From: Thermodesulfobacteriota bacterium
GTDB taxonomy: Bacteria; Desulfobacterota; Thermodesulfobacteria; Thermodesulfobacteriales; Thermodesulfobacteriaceae
DNA length: 64,000 nt
Direction: 5' to 3'
Assembly: GCA_030578315.1 (NCBI GenBank)
Contig: JAUQQL010000002.1
Coordinates: 8,251-72,250 of the forward strand
The notes beneath the pieces are model-generated. The model made no database searches, was not told the origin of the DNA, and was given only the letters and a program-made list of their open reading frames with translations. How positions within the stretch are numbered: the first letter of the stretch is position 1; each line of letters opens with the position of its first letter. The translations under genes were made by a program, and so were the position numbers. Positions 55,513 to 64,000 of the stretch are shown piece after piece.

Positions 55513-56603
55513 AAGTTTAAAAGTTCGTCTACTTTTTGGTGGAAAAAAGGCCTGAATTCTTTTATTTTCTGATTTGTTCTATCTGGATGAACTCTATTGG
55601 TTAAAAGTACCACTATTAGGTCTTTTTTTAAGTCTATAAAAAATGAACAACCAGTAAATCCAAGATGTCCTATAGTTTCTAACGAAAATGCAGTCCCTAG
55701 AGCTGAATAACCATTCAAACTTCTACGCATAAAACCTAAAGAAAACTCAAAAGTTTCTTTTTTAAATTCCATAAAAAATTTTACTATCTCTGGAGATATT
55801 CCCCAAACTTCTCCTCTGTAAGTTCTCAATAAAAACTCTAAGATTTCTAAAATTCCATAAATGTTTCCAAAAAGCCCAGCAACTCCTGAAACTCCGTCAA
55901 GAATTCTTGTGTTTTCATCTTCTACCAAACCTCGTAAAATTTTTCTCGTCCATGGACAAATTGAAGTAGGTACAATGTTTTCTTGTGAAACCCCTTTTTT
56001 TAAAGGATTAAAGTCTAAAAATGCTTTTTTACTAAAAGGCACGGTCTTTTTAGCCTCTTCAAAAAGAACATCTAAACTTTTTCCATAAACGCTCTCTAAA
56101 AGAAAAGTTAATACTAAGTATCCAAGGTCAGAATATATAGCCTTTTTACCAGAAACATTTTCAAGCGGCATTTTTTCTATATCTTCTATAATTTTTTTTA
56201 ACTTTGCCTCTCTTTTTTTATAAACATGTTTTTCCTTTAAAAAAGTTTGATAAAAAGGATGCCAAGGTTTAAGACCAGAAGTATGATTTAAAAATTTATA
56301 CACAGGGATTTTTTTTAAAAAATTTCTTAAGTTTAAATACCTTCCTATAGGAGAAAATAGGTCAATTTTAGGGTCCTTAGAAAGAAGATACATAAAAGTA
56401 AAACTTAAAGCTAGTGGTTTAGTTAAGGAAGCTAAATCAAAAATATCTGTTTCTTCAAGTATTTCTAAAAAAGGAGTGACACACTTGTGTCCTTTTTTTA
56501 TTATATATCTTTTGTTTTGATAAGAAATTCCTACTAAAGCACAAGGAAAAACTCCTTTCTTTATAGCTGAATCAAGTAATGAAGATATAGAAGAAATTAA
56601 CAT
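55509..56603 (-). CDS. Serine hydrolase, beta-lactamase class C-like family
   Basis: FDLASLTK (SxxK), LNHTSGL, YSDLGY, AGLFG, GHLGFTG, LLTNRVHP; no signal peptide evident. Confidence 0.9.
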   Translation of the reverse strand: MLISSISSLLDSAIKKGVFPCALVGISYQNKRYIIKKGHKCVTPFLEILEETDIFDLASLTKPLALSFTFMYLLSKDPKIDLFSPIGRYLNLRNFLKKIPVYKFLNHTSGLKPWHPFYQTFLKEKHVYKKREAKLKKIIEDIEKMPLENVSGKKAIYSDLGYLVLTFLLESVYGKSLDVLFEEAKKTVPFSKKAFLDFNPLKKGVSQENIVPTSICPWTRKILRGLVEDENTRILDGVSGVAGLFGNIYGILEILEFLLRTYRGEVWGISPEIVKFFMEFKKETFEFSLGFMRRSLNGYSALGTAFSLETIGHLGFTGCSFFIDLKKDLIVVLLTNRVHPDRTNQKIKEFRPFFHQKVDELLNL

Positions 56604-56662
56604 ATAAAAAAATATTTTAAAAAAACTTTTTTAAAATTGTAGAAGGTCTGGAAAAGTTGAAA

Positions 56663-57895
56663 TTATAAAATATTCTTATTTTTAACTCTTATCAAAACTT
56701 CTTCTATTTTAGTTAAAGAAATTTTTCGAATTTTAATTTCCAAGTTTCCATAGTGAAAAACTTCACCTTCAGAAGGAATTCTACCTATTAAAGAAAGAAT
56801 AAAACCACCTATAGTTTCATATTCACCAGAAGGAATGGGTATTCCTAGAGCTTGAATTTTTTCTATTTCTGTATGTCCTTTAAAAATAAAAGTATCTTTG
56901 GATATCTGCTTGTATTCTGGAATATAATAGTCTAAAGCATCTCGAAATTCTCCCAAAACTTCTTCTATTAGATCTTCTATAGTTATAAGACCAGTAGTAA
57001 ACCCATATTCATCTACCACTATTCCTATTTCAATTCCTTTAATCTGAAACTCACTTAAAACTTGATGAGCTAAAGCCATCTCTGGAATAAAAACAGGCTT
57101 TTTTCCAAATATTTTTAAAGGTTTTTCTTTTTCTAAGAAAGGTTTCCCTATAAGGTCTTGAACTTTTACGATTAGTTTGATTTTGTTTACATCTCCTTCA
57201 TAAAGAGGTATATAAGAAAAATTATACTTTTGAGCAAATTCAAGAGCATCTTTAACCAAAGCTTCTATAGGAAGTCCTTTTATTTGGGAAGCAGGAATCA
57301 TAACCTGAGAAACCTTTTTCTTAGAAAATTCAATAATTTTATGCATAAGTTCCTTTTCTTTATAGTCAATAGCTTCTTCATAAGATATAAATTCAAGAAA
57401 GATTTCTCTAAATTTACTTACCAAAAAAGGATTTTCAGAATTTCTTCTTTTAATAATCAAAGAACTTAACTTAGTATTTATTAAAACTGCAGGATAAAAT
57501 AAAATTGAAAAAAAGTACAAAAGAGGTACTAAATATAGAATTAGTGGAAAGGCAATTTTTTTTCCTAAACTTTTAGGTAAAATCTGTCCAAAAAAAACAA
57601 TACTTATAGGTAAAATGGTACTTGAAATAAGCATTCCTTTGGCTTGAAAAGACTTAATCAAAAAATAGGAGGTAAAAATACCATTGCCTGCAATACAAAG
57701 AGTCATTCCAAGCACAGTCGTAGTAAAGAGTCTTTCAGGATTTTCCAAAAATTTTAAACAAAGACGTGTTAAAACATTTTTAGGATAAAGAGCTTCTATA
57801 AGTGACTTTCCTGTAGAGATAAAGGCTATTTCACTTAAAGAAAAAAAAGCTTCTCCAAGTGTAAAAAAAATAAAAGATAACAAAGCCCAAAACAA
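56663..57895 (-). CDS. CNNM/hemolysin-family CBS-domain membrane protein (paralog 2)
   Basis: FFSLSEIAFIS, GQILPK, CBS pair, VVDEYG...GLITIEDLIEEVLGE, CorC-like ETIGGF. Confidence 0.9.
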   Translation of the reverse strand: MFWALLSFIFFTLGEAFFSLSEIAFISTGKSLIEALYPKNVLTRLCLKFLENPERLFTTTVLGMTLCIAGNGIFTSYFLIKSFQAKGMLISSTILPISIVFFGQILPKSLGKKIAFPLILYLVPLLYFFSILFYPAVLINTKLSSLIIKRRNSENPFLVSKFREIFLEFISYEEAIDYKEKELMHKIIEFSKKKVSQVMIPASQIKGLPIEALVKDALEFAQKYNFSYIPLYEGDVNKIKLIVKVQDLIGKPFLEKEKPLKIFGKKPVFIPEMALAHQVLSEFQIKGIEIGIVVDEYGFTTGLITIEDLIEEVLGEFRDALDYYIPEYKQISKDTFIFKGHTEIEKIQALGIPIPSGEYETIGGFILSLIGRIPSEGEVFHYGNLEIKIRKISLTKIEEVLIRVKNKNIL

Positions 57896-57900
57896 AAAGT

Positions 57901-59154
57901 TTACACCTCCTCTACTTCAACCCAGAAAATTTTTCTTCCTTTCATTTTTTTTACAGTAAATTTATAACCTTTATACTCTATACTCTTCCCCTCTTCAGGA
58001 AGTTCTTGAAAAAGCATTAGAAGAATTCCACTTAAAGTTTTAAGGTCTTTAAATTCCTCTTCCGTAATTTCTAAGGATAAAACATTTTTTAAGTCTTCTA
58101 ACAATACCTTCCCAGAAATTAACCACTTCTTATCTCCTAACTTCTGAATAGGTTCTGCTTTAGATTCTCTTTCTTCGTAAATTTCTCCAAACAGCTCTTC
58201 TAAAAGGTCTTCCAAAGTAACTAGCCCTTTTAAAATTCCATATTCGTCTATTACTAAAGCTATTTTTAAGTGTTTTTTTTGAAACTCAAAAAGAAGATCT
58301 CTAACTTTAAAACTTTCAGGAACAAAAAAGGCAGGTCTTACAAAATCTGAAAGTTTTTTTTCGAAAATTTTTCCATCTCCAAAACCTTTTATTAATTCCT
58401 TAGTATACAAAATTCCCAAAATTTCATCTAAGGTATTTTTATAAACAGGAAATTTGTTATAAGGTAAATGTTTAATTTTTTCTAAAAATTCTAAAGTAAT
58501 AATCTGGTCATTAAAAGCCACGATTTCTGAGCGTGGAGTCATTATGGCAGAAACTGGAATCTTTTCCGAAAGAAAAAGCCCATAAATAAAGTCTTTTTCT
58601 TTTTGACTGATTTTTTTTTCTCTAAAAGCTATTTCTAAAGCATGAAGTATAGTTTTTTCTATCGAAACCAGAGAATTAGTTAAAAAATTAGGTTTTACAG
58701 GAAAAAGATTTCCAATTTTTTGATAAAGCAAAGTAAATACTTTTCTTAAAGGATAAAAGAAATTATAAAAAAAGTAAATAAAAGGAATAATTTTACAAAT
58801 AAGTCTTGTCTTAAATTTAAAACCAAGAACCTTTGGAAAAAAATCTCCTATCCAGAAACTAATTAATGTAAAAATTACAAAAGCTACCTTTCTCCCTTCA
58901 TCTTTAATTAAAATAGAAAAAGCATTTGAAAAACAAAAACTTGCAAAATAGTCTACTATCTCATTCCCAGCAATCAAAACAATTAAAAGTTCGTCAGGAT
59001 TTTTGAATACCTTTAAGAATCTTTCAGAAATATTTAAACCCTTTAGTGAAGCTAATTCTATACGATTTAACGAAAAAATACTTGCTTCACTAGCAGAAAA
59101 TATTATAGAACAAATAAGAAAAAGAAAAGTCAGAAAAAGATATATTTCTATCAT
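57901..59154 (-). CDS. CNNM/hemolysin-family CBS-domain membrane protein (paralog 1)
   Basis: FSASEASIFSL, GDFFPK, IMTPRSEI, VPES, VIDEYG...VTLEDLLEELFGEI, CorC-like C-terminus. Confidence 0.92.
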   Translation of the reverse strand: MIEIYLFLTFLFLICSIIFSASEASIFSLNRIELASLKGLNISERFLKVFKNPDELLIVLIAGNEIVDYFASFCFSNAFSILIKDEGRKVAFVIFTLISFWIGDFFPKVLGFKFKTRLICKIIPFIYFFYNFFYPLRKVFTLLYQKIGNLFPVKPNFLTNSLVSIEKTILHALEIAFREKKISQKEKDFIYGLFLSEKIPVSAIMTPRSEIVAFNDQIITLEFLEKIKHLPYNKFPVYKNTLDEILGILYTKELIKGFGDGKIFEKKLSDFVRPAFFVPESFKVRDLLFEFQKKHLKIALVIDEYGILKGLVTLEDLLEELFGEIYEERESKAEPIQKLGDKKWLISGKVLLEDLKNVLSLEITEEEFKDLKTLSGILLMLFQELPEEGKSIEYKGYKFTVKKMKGRKIFWVEVEEV

Positions 59155-59990
59155 TTTAAAAGAAAAACTTGAGTTTCATTTGGAAAAGAAAAAGAGAAAG
59201 TTTCTGGAATATCTAGAAGCTGTTTTAAAGGTTTATTAAATCTAAAAAAAATTATATCTGAATTCAAGGAAATTTCTTCTAAAGTTCCTGCCATTTCTTG
59301 CCAATTTTCTATCAGAACTTTTTCCGTAACTAGTAAAGCTTTCGGAAAGGGAACTTCGTCCCAGTTTAAATGAGGTAGTAAAATTTTCCAAGAAAATACT
59401 CTTAAGTTTAAATTAAAAAGGTTTTCAGAAAAAATAAACTCTTCTTTTGGATGTCTACCAAATAGTATTTTTTCAAAAGTTTCGTCTTCTCCAATAATTT
59501 TTTCTTGAAAAAACTCAGAAAGTTTCGCCTCTACTTCCTTCAAAGAATTTTCTACTTCGTAAAGAAAAAAATCTAACTCCTCAGCTAAAGAAAGAATTAT
59601 TAAAGCCCTTTTTATTCTCAAAACTTCTTCAAAATTTTCATCTATTTCTTGGTTTCTTTTAAAGATAGAAAGGTATTCTTCTAAAGAATCTTCAGTAACC
59701 TTTTTAAACTGCATCAAATACTTAAGAGTTTCAGGGGTTCTAAAATTTAATCCCCATTCCTGTAAAAGTCTTACTTCCTTTTCTAAAACTTCCTCTTCCT
59801 TTTTAGATAGTTTTTTAATTTTTAAGTATTTAATCTTAGGTAAAAGTTGGTTTCTTTCCCAGAAATTAAATCTTCTATCTGAAACCGGAAGTTTTAACAA
59901 AAAAATTTGCGAAAAATATTCAAATGCTTTATGAAGTTTAGAAGGATATAAAAAAGTTTGAGGATATAAAAGAACTTTATCAGAAAACAT
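59151..59990 (-). CDS. Hypothetical protein (279 aa)
   Basis: Long ORF translationally coupled to neighbours (1-nt and 4-nt overlaps); no motif recognised. Confidence 0.75.
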   Translation of the reverse strand: MFSDKVLLYPQTFLYPSKLHKAFEYFSQIFLLKLPVSDRRFNFWERNQLLPKIKYLKIKKLSKKEEEVLEKEVRLLQEWGLNFRTPETLKYLMQFKKVTEDSLEEYLSIFKRNQEIDENFEEVLRIKRALIILSLAEELDFFLYEVENSLKEVEAKLSEFFQEKIIGEDETFEKILFGRHPKEEFIFSENLFNLNLRVFSWKILLPHLNWDEVPFPKALLVTEKVLIENWQEMAGTLEEISLNSDIIFFRFNKPLKQLLDIPETFSFSFPNETQVFLLK

Positions 59991-60592
59991 TAACTTAAAA
60001 TTTTTTCAAAAATATTTTTCATATATTCTAATTGTCTTCCATATTCTTCATCAAGTCTTTGTTTTATTTTATTCCATTCTTCTTTAAATTGTGGATGTTC
60101 CTCTATATTAATTTTAACCTGAGCTCCTATTTCATTAGAAATAGCTTGTTCCAAAGCCTCTACCCCTGAAGAAAATCTTTTAAGCAATTCTTTATAAATA
60201 GCTTGTTTATGTGAAAAATATTCTTTTAACAACTTTTCTACTCCCTGAGATAATTTATTTATCTCAGGAACATTTTTTAAAACTATATTAAGTCCCTTTA
60301 AAGCTTTTTTTCCGTCCTCTAACTGGTACTCGTTAAAAGGAAGTACTATATTTCTTAAAAATACCTTAACCATACTTTGAAGTATAATTTTTCTTTGGTC
60401 AGGACGTTTATTTTTCAAAAATTCTTTAACAACTTTCTCAAAGTCTTCTAATTCGTCTCTCAAAAACTTAGCTGATAATCTCTGAGCTTCTTCTTTAAGT
60501 TTTTCAGCTTCTAACTCTTCTTTAGAAGCTTTCCCAAGTTTTTCAGCCTTTTCCAAAGCAAGTTCTAAAGTACTCTTAATTTCGTCAGCCAT
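59990..60592 (-). CDS. Conserved helical hypothetical protein (DUF6657-like)
   Basis: MADEIKSTLELALEK N-terminus and PQFKEEW motif resemble a Desulfobacterota-conserved family; strong SD GGAGG. Confidence 0.7.
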   Translation of the reverse strand: MADEIKSTLELALEKAEKLGKASKEELEAEKLKEEAQRLSAKFLRDELEDFEKVVKEFLKNKRPDQRKIILQSMVKVFLRNIVLPFNEYQLEDGKKALKGLNIVLKNVPEINKLSQGVEKLLKEYFSHKQAIYKELLKRFSSGVEALEQAISNEIGAQVKINIEEHPQFKEEWNKIKQRLDEEYGRQLEYMKNIFEKILS

Positions 60593-60977
60593 TTCTTAAA
60601 AAACCTCCTTTTAAAAAGAATTTTTTTTAAAAAAGTTAACATCTAATAATGTTTTGTTCAAGATGGTTAGATAATAAACCTGTGATAATATCAAATTGAA
60701 ACTCATCTTTTCTATATCTTACAAAATTTTTTTAAACCAATTTTTTAAAAGTTTAGTTAAATCTTTTCTTTCCCTCTGTTTTGAAATATCTTTTATTACT
60801 AGGTTACCAATTTTTTAAATCTTTTTAAATTAAAAAGCCAAAATTTATACTAATAAAAAAACTTCTCATTTAATGATTAACCTTAAATACAAAAACAAAT
60901 TCTTGCGTATAAAAATACTAATTTGCTTTTATACCTACATTTTTGTAGAAAATCTAAAGTTATAATATAATATATTC

Positions 60978-62279
60978 GTGAAAATTTTTTTATCTTTTAA
61001 CCAAATTTTTAATTCTCTTTTAGGTTTAGGTTGGTTTTTTTTATCTTTAGCCTTATTTTTAAAACATACTAAAGCCCTAGAGTGGTTAGGTTTTATCTTT
61101 ATGTTTCTTAGTTTTATAATTTTCCCCAAGGTAATAAAAAGCAGTAATTTAGAATTTATAGCTAGTTTTTTTAAAAAATTCAAAATTTTGATAGTACTTT
61201 TAGGTACTTTTTTAGTTTCTCTTTTCTGGTTTGTAATAATAAGTCCTTATCCTCAAGCTTCTATTGAGGCTTTTTTGTTAAACTATTTTTTTCATATAAT
61301 TGTTTTTTTGGTTTTTATTTTTTTAAGTTATTTTAAAGATTTTACCCAAAATTCTTTTTTTTGGATAATTTTAGGACTGTCTGTTGTTTTTTCTATAAGT
61401 TATCATTTAGCTTTTGTATTGTATAAATGCGAATTTAATTTAAAATGTTTTTTAAGTTCATCGTTTGTATATATTTCTGAATCTCTTTTAAAAGGAGTTG
61501 TTACAACTTCTGCACCTTTGGTATTTTCTTTTTTTATGTTCCTAGGGCTTTTTAAAGAAAATCTTTCCAAACAACGCTTTATTTACTTAATTTTGTCCTT
61601 AATAAGTTTAATTTTTTTAGTTTATATAGGAAGAAGGGCAGCTCTTCTTGGAATTTTTACAGGATACCTCATATTGTTAGTTTTTTCTGAAAACCAGATA
61701 TTAAAAAGATATTTTTTGGCAATAATAGTATTAATTATAATTTTAACCACAGGTTTTCTTTTAACTCCTTATGGCAAAATAATAATGATTAATTCAAGAG
61801 ATAATTTAACTTTACTTTTTTCAAAAGACCCGGAAAACTGGGCTAAATCAGGGTCTATGGGTATGAGGCTTTATATCTGGCCTATATACCTTAAAAAATC
61901 TTTGGAAGAACCTTTTTCAGGAACTGGACTTGGAAGGAAAGTTCAAAAAAAAGTTCTTTCTGAAACTAATAAAAAAGCGTTATCTTTAGAACATAGTCAT
62001 AACCTTTTTTTAAATTTAGCTTTACAAGCTGGATGGCATACTGCTTTGCTTTTTTTAGTCTTTAACATCTGGACCTTAAAGAAAGCTTATTGTCTTTGGA
62101 AATTATCTAACGAAAACTTTTTTATGGCTTCACTTTTCCTTTTTTTAATAAGTTTTTTAATAATGTCTTTTTTGGAAGGAATGGAAGAAGGAACTCGTTT
62201 TACTACTTTTTGGATAGCTGCTGGTCTGGTATGGGGGTATGAACAAAAATATCGAGAAAAAGATAGCTTTTCTTCTTGA
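60978..62279 (+). CDS. O-antigen ligase (WaaL/Wzy_C) family membrane protein
   Basis: Multi-TM; GRRAALLG, SMGMRLYIW, PFSGTGLG, HSHNLFLNLALQAG. Confidence 0.88.
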   Translation: MKIFLSFNQIFNSLLGLGWFFLSLALFLKHTKALEWLGFIFMFLSFIIFPKVIKSSNLEFIASFFKKFKILIVLLGTFLVSLFWFVIISPYPQASIEAFLLNYFFHIIVFLVFIFLSYFKDFTQNSFFWIILGLSVVFSISYHLAFVLYKCEFNLKCFLSSSFVYISESLLKGVVTTSAPLVFSFFMFLGLFKENLSKQRFIYLILSLISLIFLVYIGRRAALLGIFTGYLILLVFSENQILKRYFLAIIVLIIILTTGFLLTPYGKIIMINSRDNLTLLFSKDPENWAKSGSMGMRLYIWPIYLKKSLEEPFSGTGLGRKVQKKVLSETNKKALSLEHSHNLFLNLALQAGWHTALLFLVFNIWTLKKAYCLWKLSNENFFMASLFLFLISFLIMSFLEGMEEGTRFTTFWIAAGLVWGYEQKYREKDSFSS

Positions 62280-63378
62280 TAGTTACGGCAATAGAAGACA
62301 TTACCTTCAAATTTTGGCTTTAAGTGAAGCAAATTTTGACCCTAAAGTAATTACTTTTAAAGACCCTAAAGAAGGATATTTTTACGACAAAAGCTTAGCC
62401 GAAAAATACTTTATTGTCCTTCCCTTTTTAAGACATAAGGTAATGAAAACTTTTTCTTTAAAATGTGCTTTAACTCTTTTTAGAGTAATAAAAGAGGAAA
62501 ACATTTGCGCAGTTCTTACTCATCGTTACAAACTTTTAAGATATCTTTGGTTTTGTAAATTACTTTGTCCTGAACTTAAAATTATTTTTCATATAGTTAT
62601 TAAAGAAGCTATCAAAGGTTGGCATCAATGCCTGTTTTTCAAAATATTTAAAAGGTATATAGACAAGATTTTGGTTAACAGTAACGCTTTAAAGGAAGAA
62701 CTAATAAATAAAAAACTTGTAAAAGATAAAGAAGTAGAGGTTTTTTTCTCCGGAGTAGATCTTTTAGAATTCGACCTAAAAATAGCTAAAGAAGAGGCAA
62801 GAAAGCTTTTAAAACTTCCAGAAAAAGATTTTCTTTTTGGTATGGTAGCTCAATTTAGAAAAGAAAAAGATCATAAAGGTTTAATAAAGGCTTTCAAGCT
62901 ACTGAAAAACCAAGGATATAAATCTAAATTGGTTTTGGTAGGAGACGGACCAAATTTAGAAGAATGTCAGAAACTGGCTCAAGAACTTAATCTTAATAAG
63001 GAGGTAATTTTTTTAGGAAAGTTAACTTATACAAGAATACCTCTTTTTTTAAAAACTTTAGATGTTTTTGTTTACTCAAGTTTTAAAGAAGGAATGCCGA
63101 TGGCAGTTTTAGAAGCTATGGCTTCTGGTCTTCCTATTATTGCTACAGATACAGAAGGCATTTTAGATATTTTTAATACTTCTCTAACTTTTGGAATTAT
63201 TGTTCCTAAAGGAAATCCACAAATTCTAGCAGAAGCTATGGAAAAACTTTTAAAATTACCAGAAAAAACTAGGTACCTTTGGGGTGAAAAGGCTAAACTC
63301 AGAATAAAAGAAGCCTTCTCCGCAGAAATTCTTAAAAAAAGAACTGTAGAGCTTTTCGAAAAACTTCTTAGGTCTTAA
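62239..63378 (+). CDS. Glycosyltransferase family 4
   Basis: QFRKEKDH, VGDGP, FVYSSFKEGMPMAVLEAMASGLPIIATD (EX7E motif). Confidence 0.93.
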   Translation: MNKNIEKKIAFLLDSYGNRRHYLQILALSEANFDPKVITFKDPKEGYFYDKSLAEKYFIVLPFLRHKVMKTFSLKCALTLFRVIKEENICAVLTHRYKLLRYLWFCKLLCPELKIIFHIVIKEAIKGWHQCLFFKIFKRYIDKILVNSNALKEELINKKLVKDKEVEVFFSGVDLLEFDLKIAKEEARKLLKLPEKDFLFGMVAQFRKEKDHKGLIKAFKLLKNQGYKSKLVLVGDGPNLEECQKLAQELNLNKEVIFLGKLTYTRIPLFLKTLDVFVYSSFKEGMPMAVLEAMASGLPIIATDTEGILDIFNTSLTFGIIVPKGNPQILAEAMEKLLKLPEKTRYLWGEKAKLRIKEAFSAEILKKRTVELFEKLLRS

Positions 63379-64000
63379 AACTTTTTAAATAACAATTATG
63401 ATTAAACCAAGCAGAAAGAATAAAAAGTCTTGTATACAAATTTTTAAAAAGCTTTTTATCTGAATTTTCTTGCAACTTTTGGTAAATTTTTTCTATATTT
63501 TTTCTATTCCAAAGCCTGCAGCTAAAAACTTCTTCTTTCACCTTGTCTTCCATTTTTTGAAGAAATCTATAAGCATCAAAACCATAAGAATACTTTCCCA
63601 TCGCATCTGCATCAAGACCAAGTCTTTCCCTCAAAAGTTTTCTTAAAGGTAGTTTATTTTTAAAATTTTTTCTATCAAAAAGAACTTCTTCTTTAAGGTT
63701 TCCTATATATTGAGCTATTTCAGGATCTGTCCAAGGTAAAATTAAGTTAGCTTCAAATACTTCAGCAAAATTTCTAACCTTTCTTATTACCAAGTCAAAT
63801 TCTACATTAGTTCCCCATATATCTGCTTTTAAGTCAAAATAATCCCAATCCTTTCTTTTTTGGTCTTCTTCTTTCCAGTATTTAAATACTGAAATAACCT
63901 CTGGATATATTTTTTTTGCCTCTCTTAAAGTAAACCCAGTTAACCCAATCATCTCAGAACGAGTTTTAGTAAGTTTCTGTAAAATATTTCCCGTGGGTAA
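63368..64000 (-). CDS. Asparagine-synthase-like amidotransferase, C-terminal part (runs off the window end)
   Basis: Frame is open to position 64000 (LPTGNILQKLTKTRSEMIG...). LPWTDPEI...KLPLRKLL...GKYSYGF...LFILSAWF resembles the Asn_synthase C-terminus; polysaccharide-locus context. Confidence 0.65.
   Translation of the reverse strand, partial: LPTGNILQKLTKTRSEMIGLTGFTLREAKKIYPEVISVFKYWKEEDQKRKDWDYFDLKADIWGTNVEFDLVIRKVRNFAEVFEANLILPWTDPEIAQYIGNLKEEVLFDRKNFKNKLPLRKLLRERLGLDADAMGKYSYGFDAYRFLQKMEDKVKEEVFSCRLWNRKNIEKIYQKLQENSDKKLFKNLYTRLFILSAWFNHNCYLKSFKT

Noticed and set aside
1212-62332. Short antisense ORFs in the track (1212-1400, 4787-5098, 5439-5666, 8102-8296, 8548-8745, 11455-11658, 11962-12237, 16149-16355, 19148-19369, 31046-31291, 31713-32000, 35370-35552, 36084-36431, 36919-37137, 37237-37449, 42263-42502, 42504-42692, 54629-54814, 55861-56088, 57230-57469, 59003-59239, 60935-61183, 62087-62332)
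   Set aside because: All lie opposite well-supported genes, have shadow-like composition and show no family motifs.
1-64000. tRNA/rRNA genes, riboswitches, CRISPR arrays, IS elements, phase-variable homopolymers
   Set aside because: No GC-rich structured non-coding segment, regularly spaced repeat or transposase ORF was seen. A/T runs of 8-10 nt are expected at this composition and do not break any recognised gene.

Overview
Very AT-rich, gene-dense bacterial chromosomal window. Gene content and protein style fit a thermophilic member of the Thermodesulfobacteriaceae (inference only, no search run). Left to right: partial trpC; the rpmH-rnpA-yidD-yidC-jag-mnmE cluster, here not next to dnaA; an HNH nuclease; a ~19 kb minus-strand flagellar/chemotaxis operon (fliL, fliM, fliN, fliO, fliP, fliQ, fliR, flhB, flhA, flhF, flhG, fliA, cheY, second fliL-like gene, SwrB/DUF2802-like, FliK-like, MTH1675-like, cheY, cheB, cheR, cheA, DnaJ-like, cheW) with a candidate sigma54 promoter and FleQ-like boxes; ogt; creatininase family; an MCP with PilJ/NarX-like and CZB domains; miaB; ampG; two proteases; two B12-radical SAM enzymes; many scattered housekeeping genes (mutT, purB, lpxD, proS, UbiD family, purF, tldD, PfkB kinase, CPA2 antiporter, nfi, coaE, ychF, folC); a CNNM pair; and the edge of a surface-polysaccharide locus. 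The best novelty candidate is a low-GC two-gene cassette (38872-41341) inserted in a housekeeping run. It pairs an amino-DNA-methyltransferase carrying an unusual Trm11-like N-terminal extension with a 207-aa protein that shows no recognisable nuclease motif, i.e. a putative non-canonical restriction-modification/defence module. No rRNA, tRNA, CRISPR array or transposase was seen.
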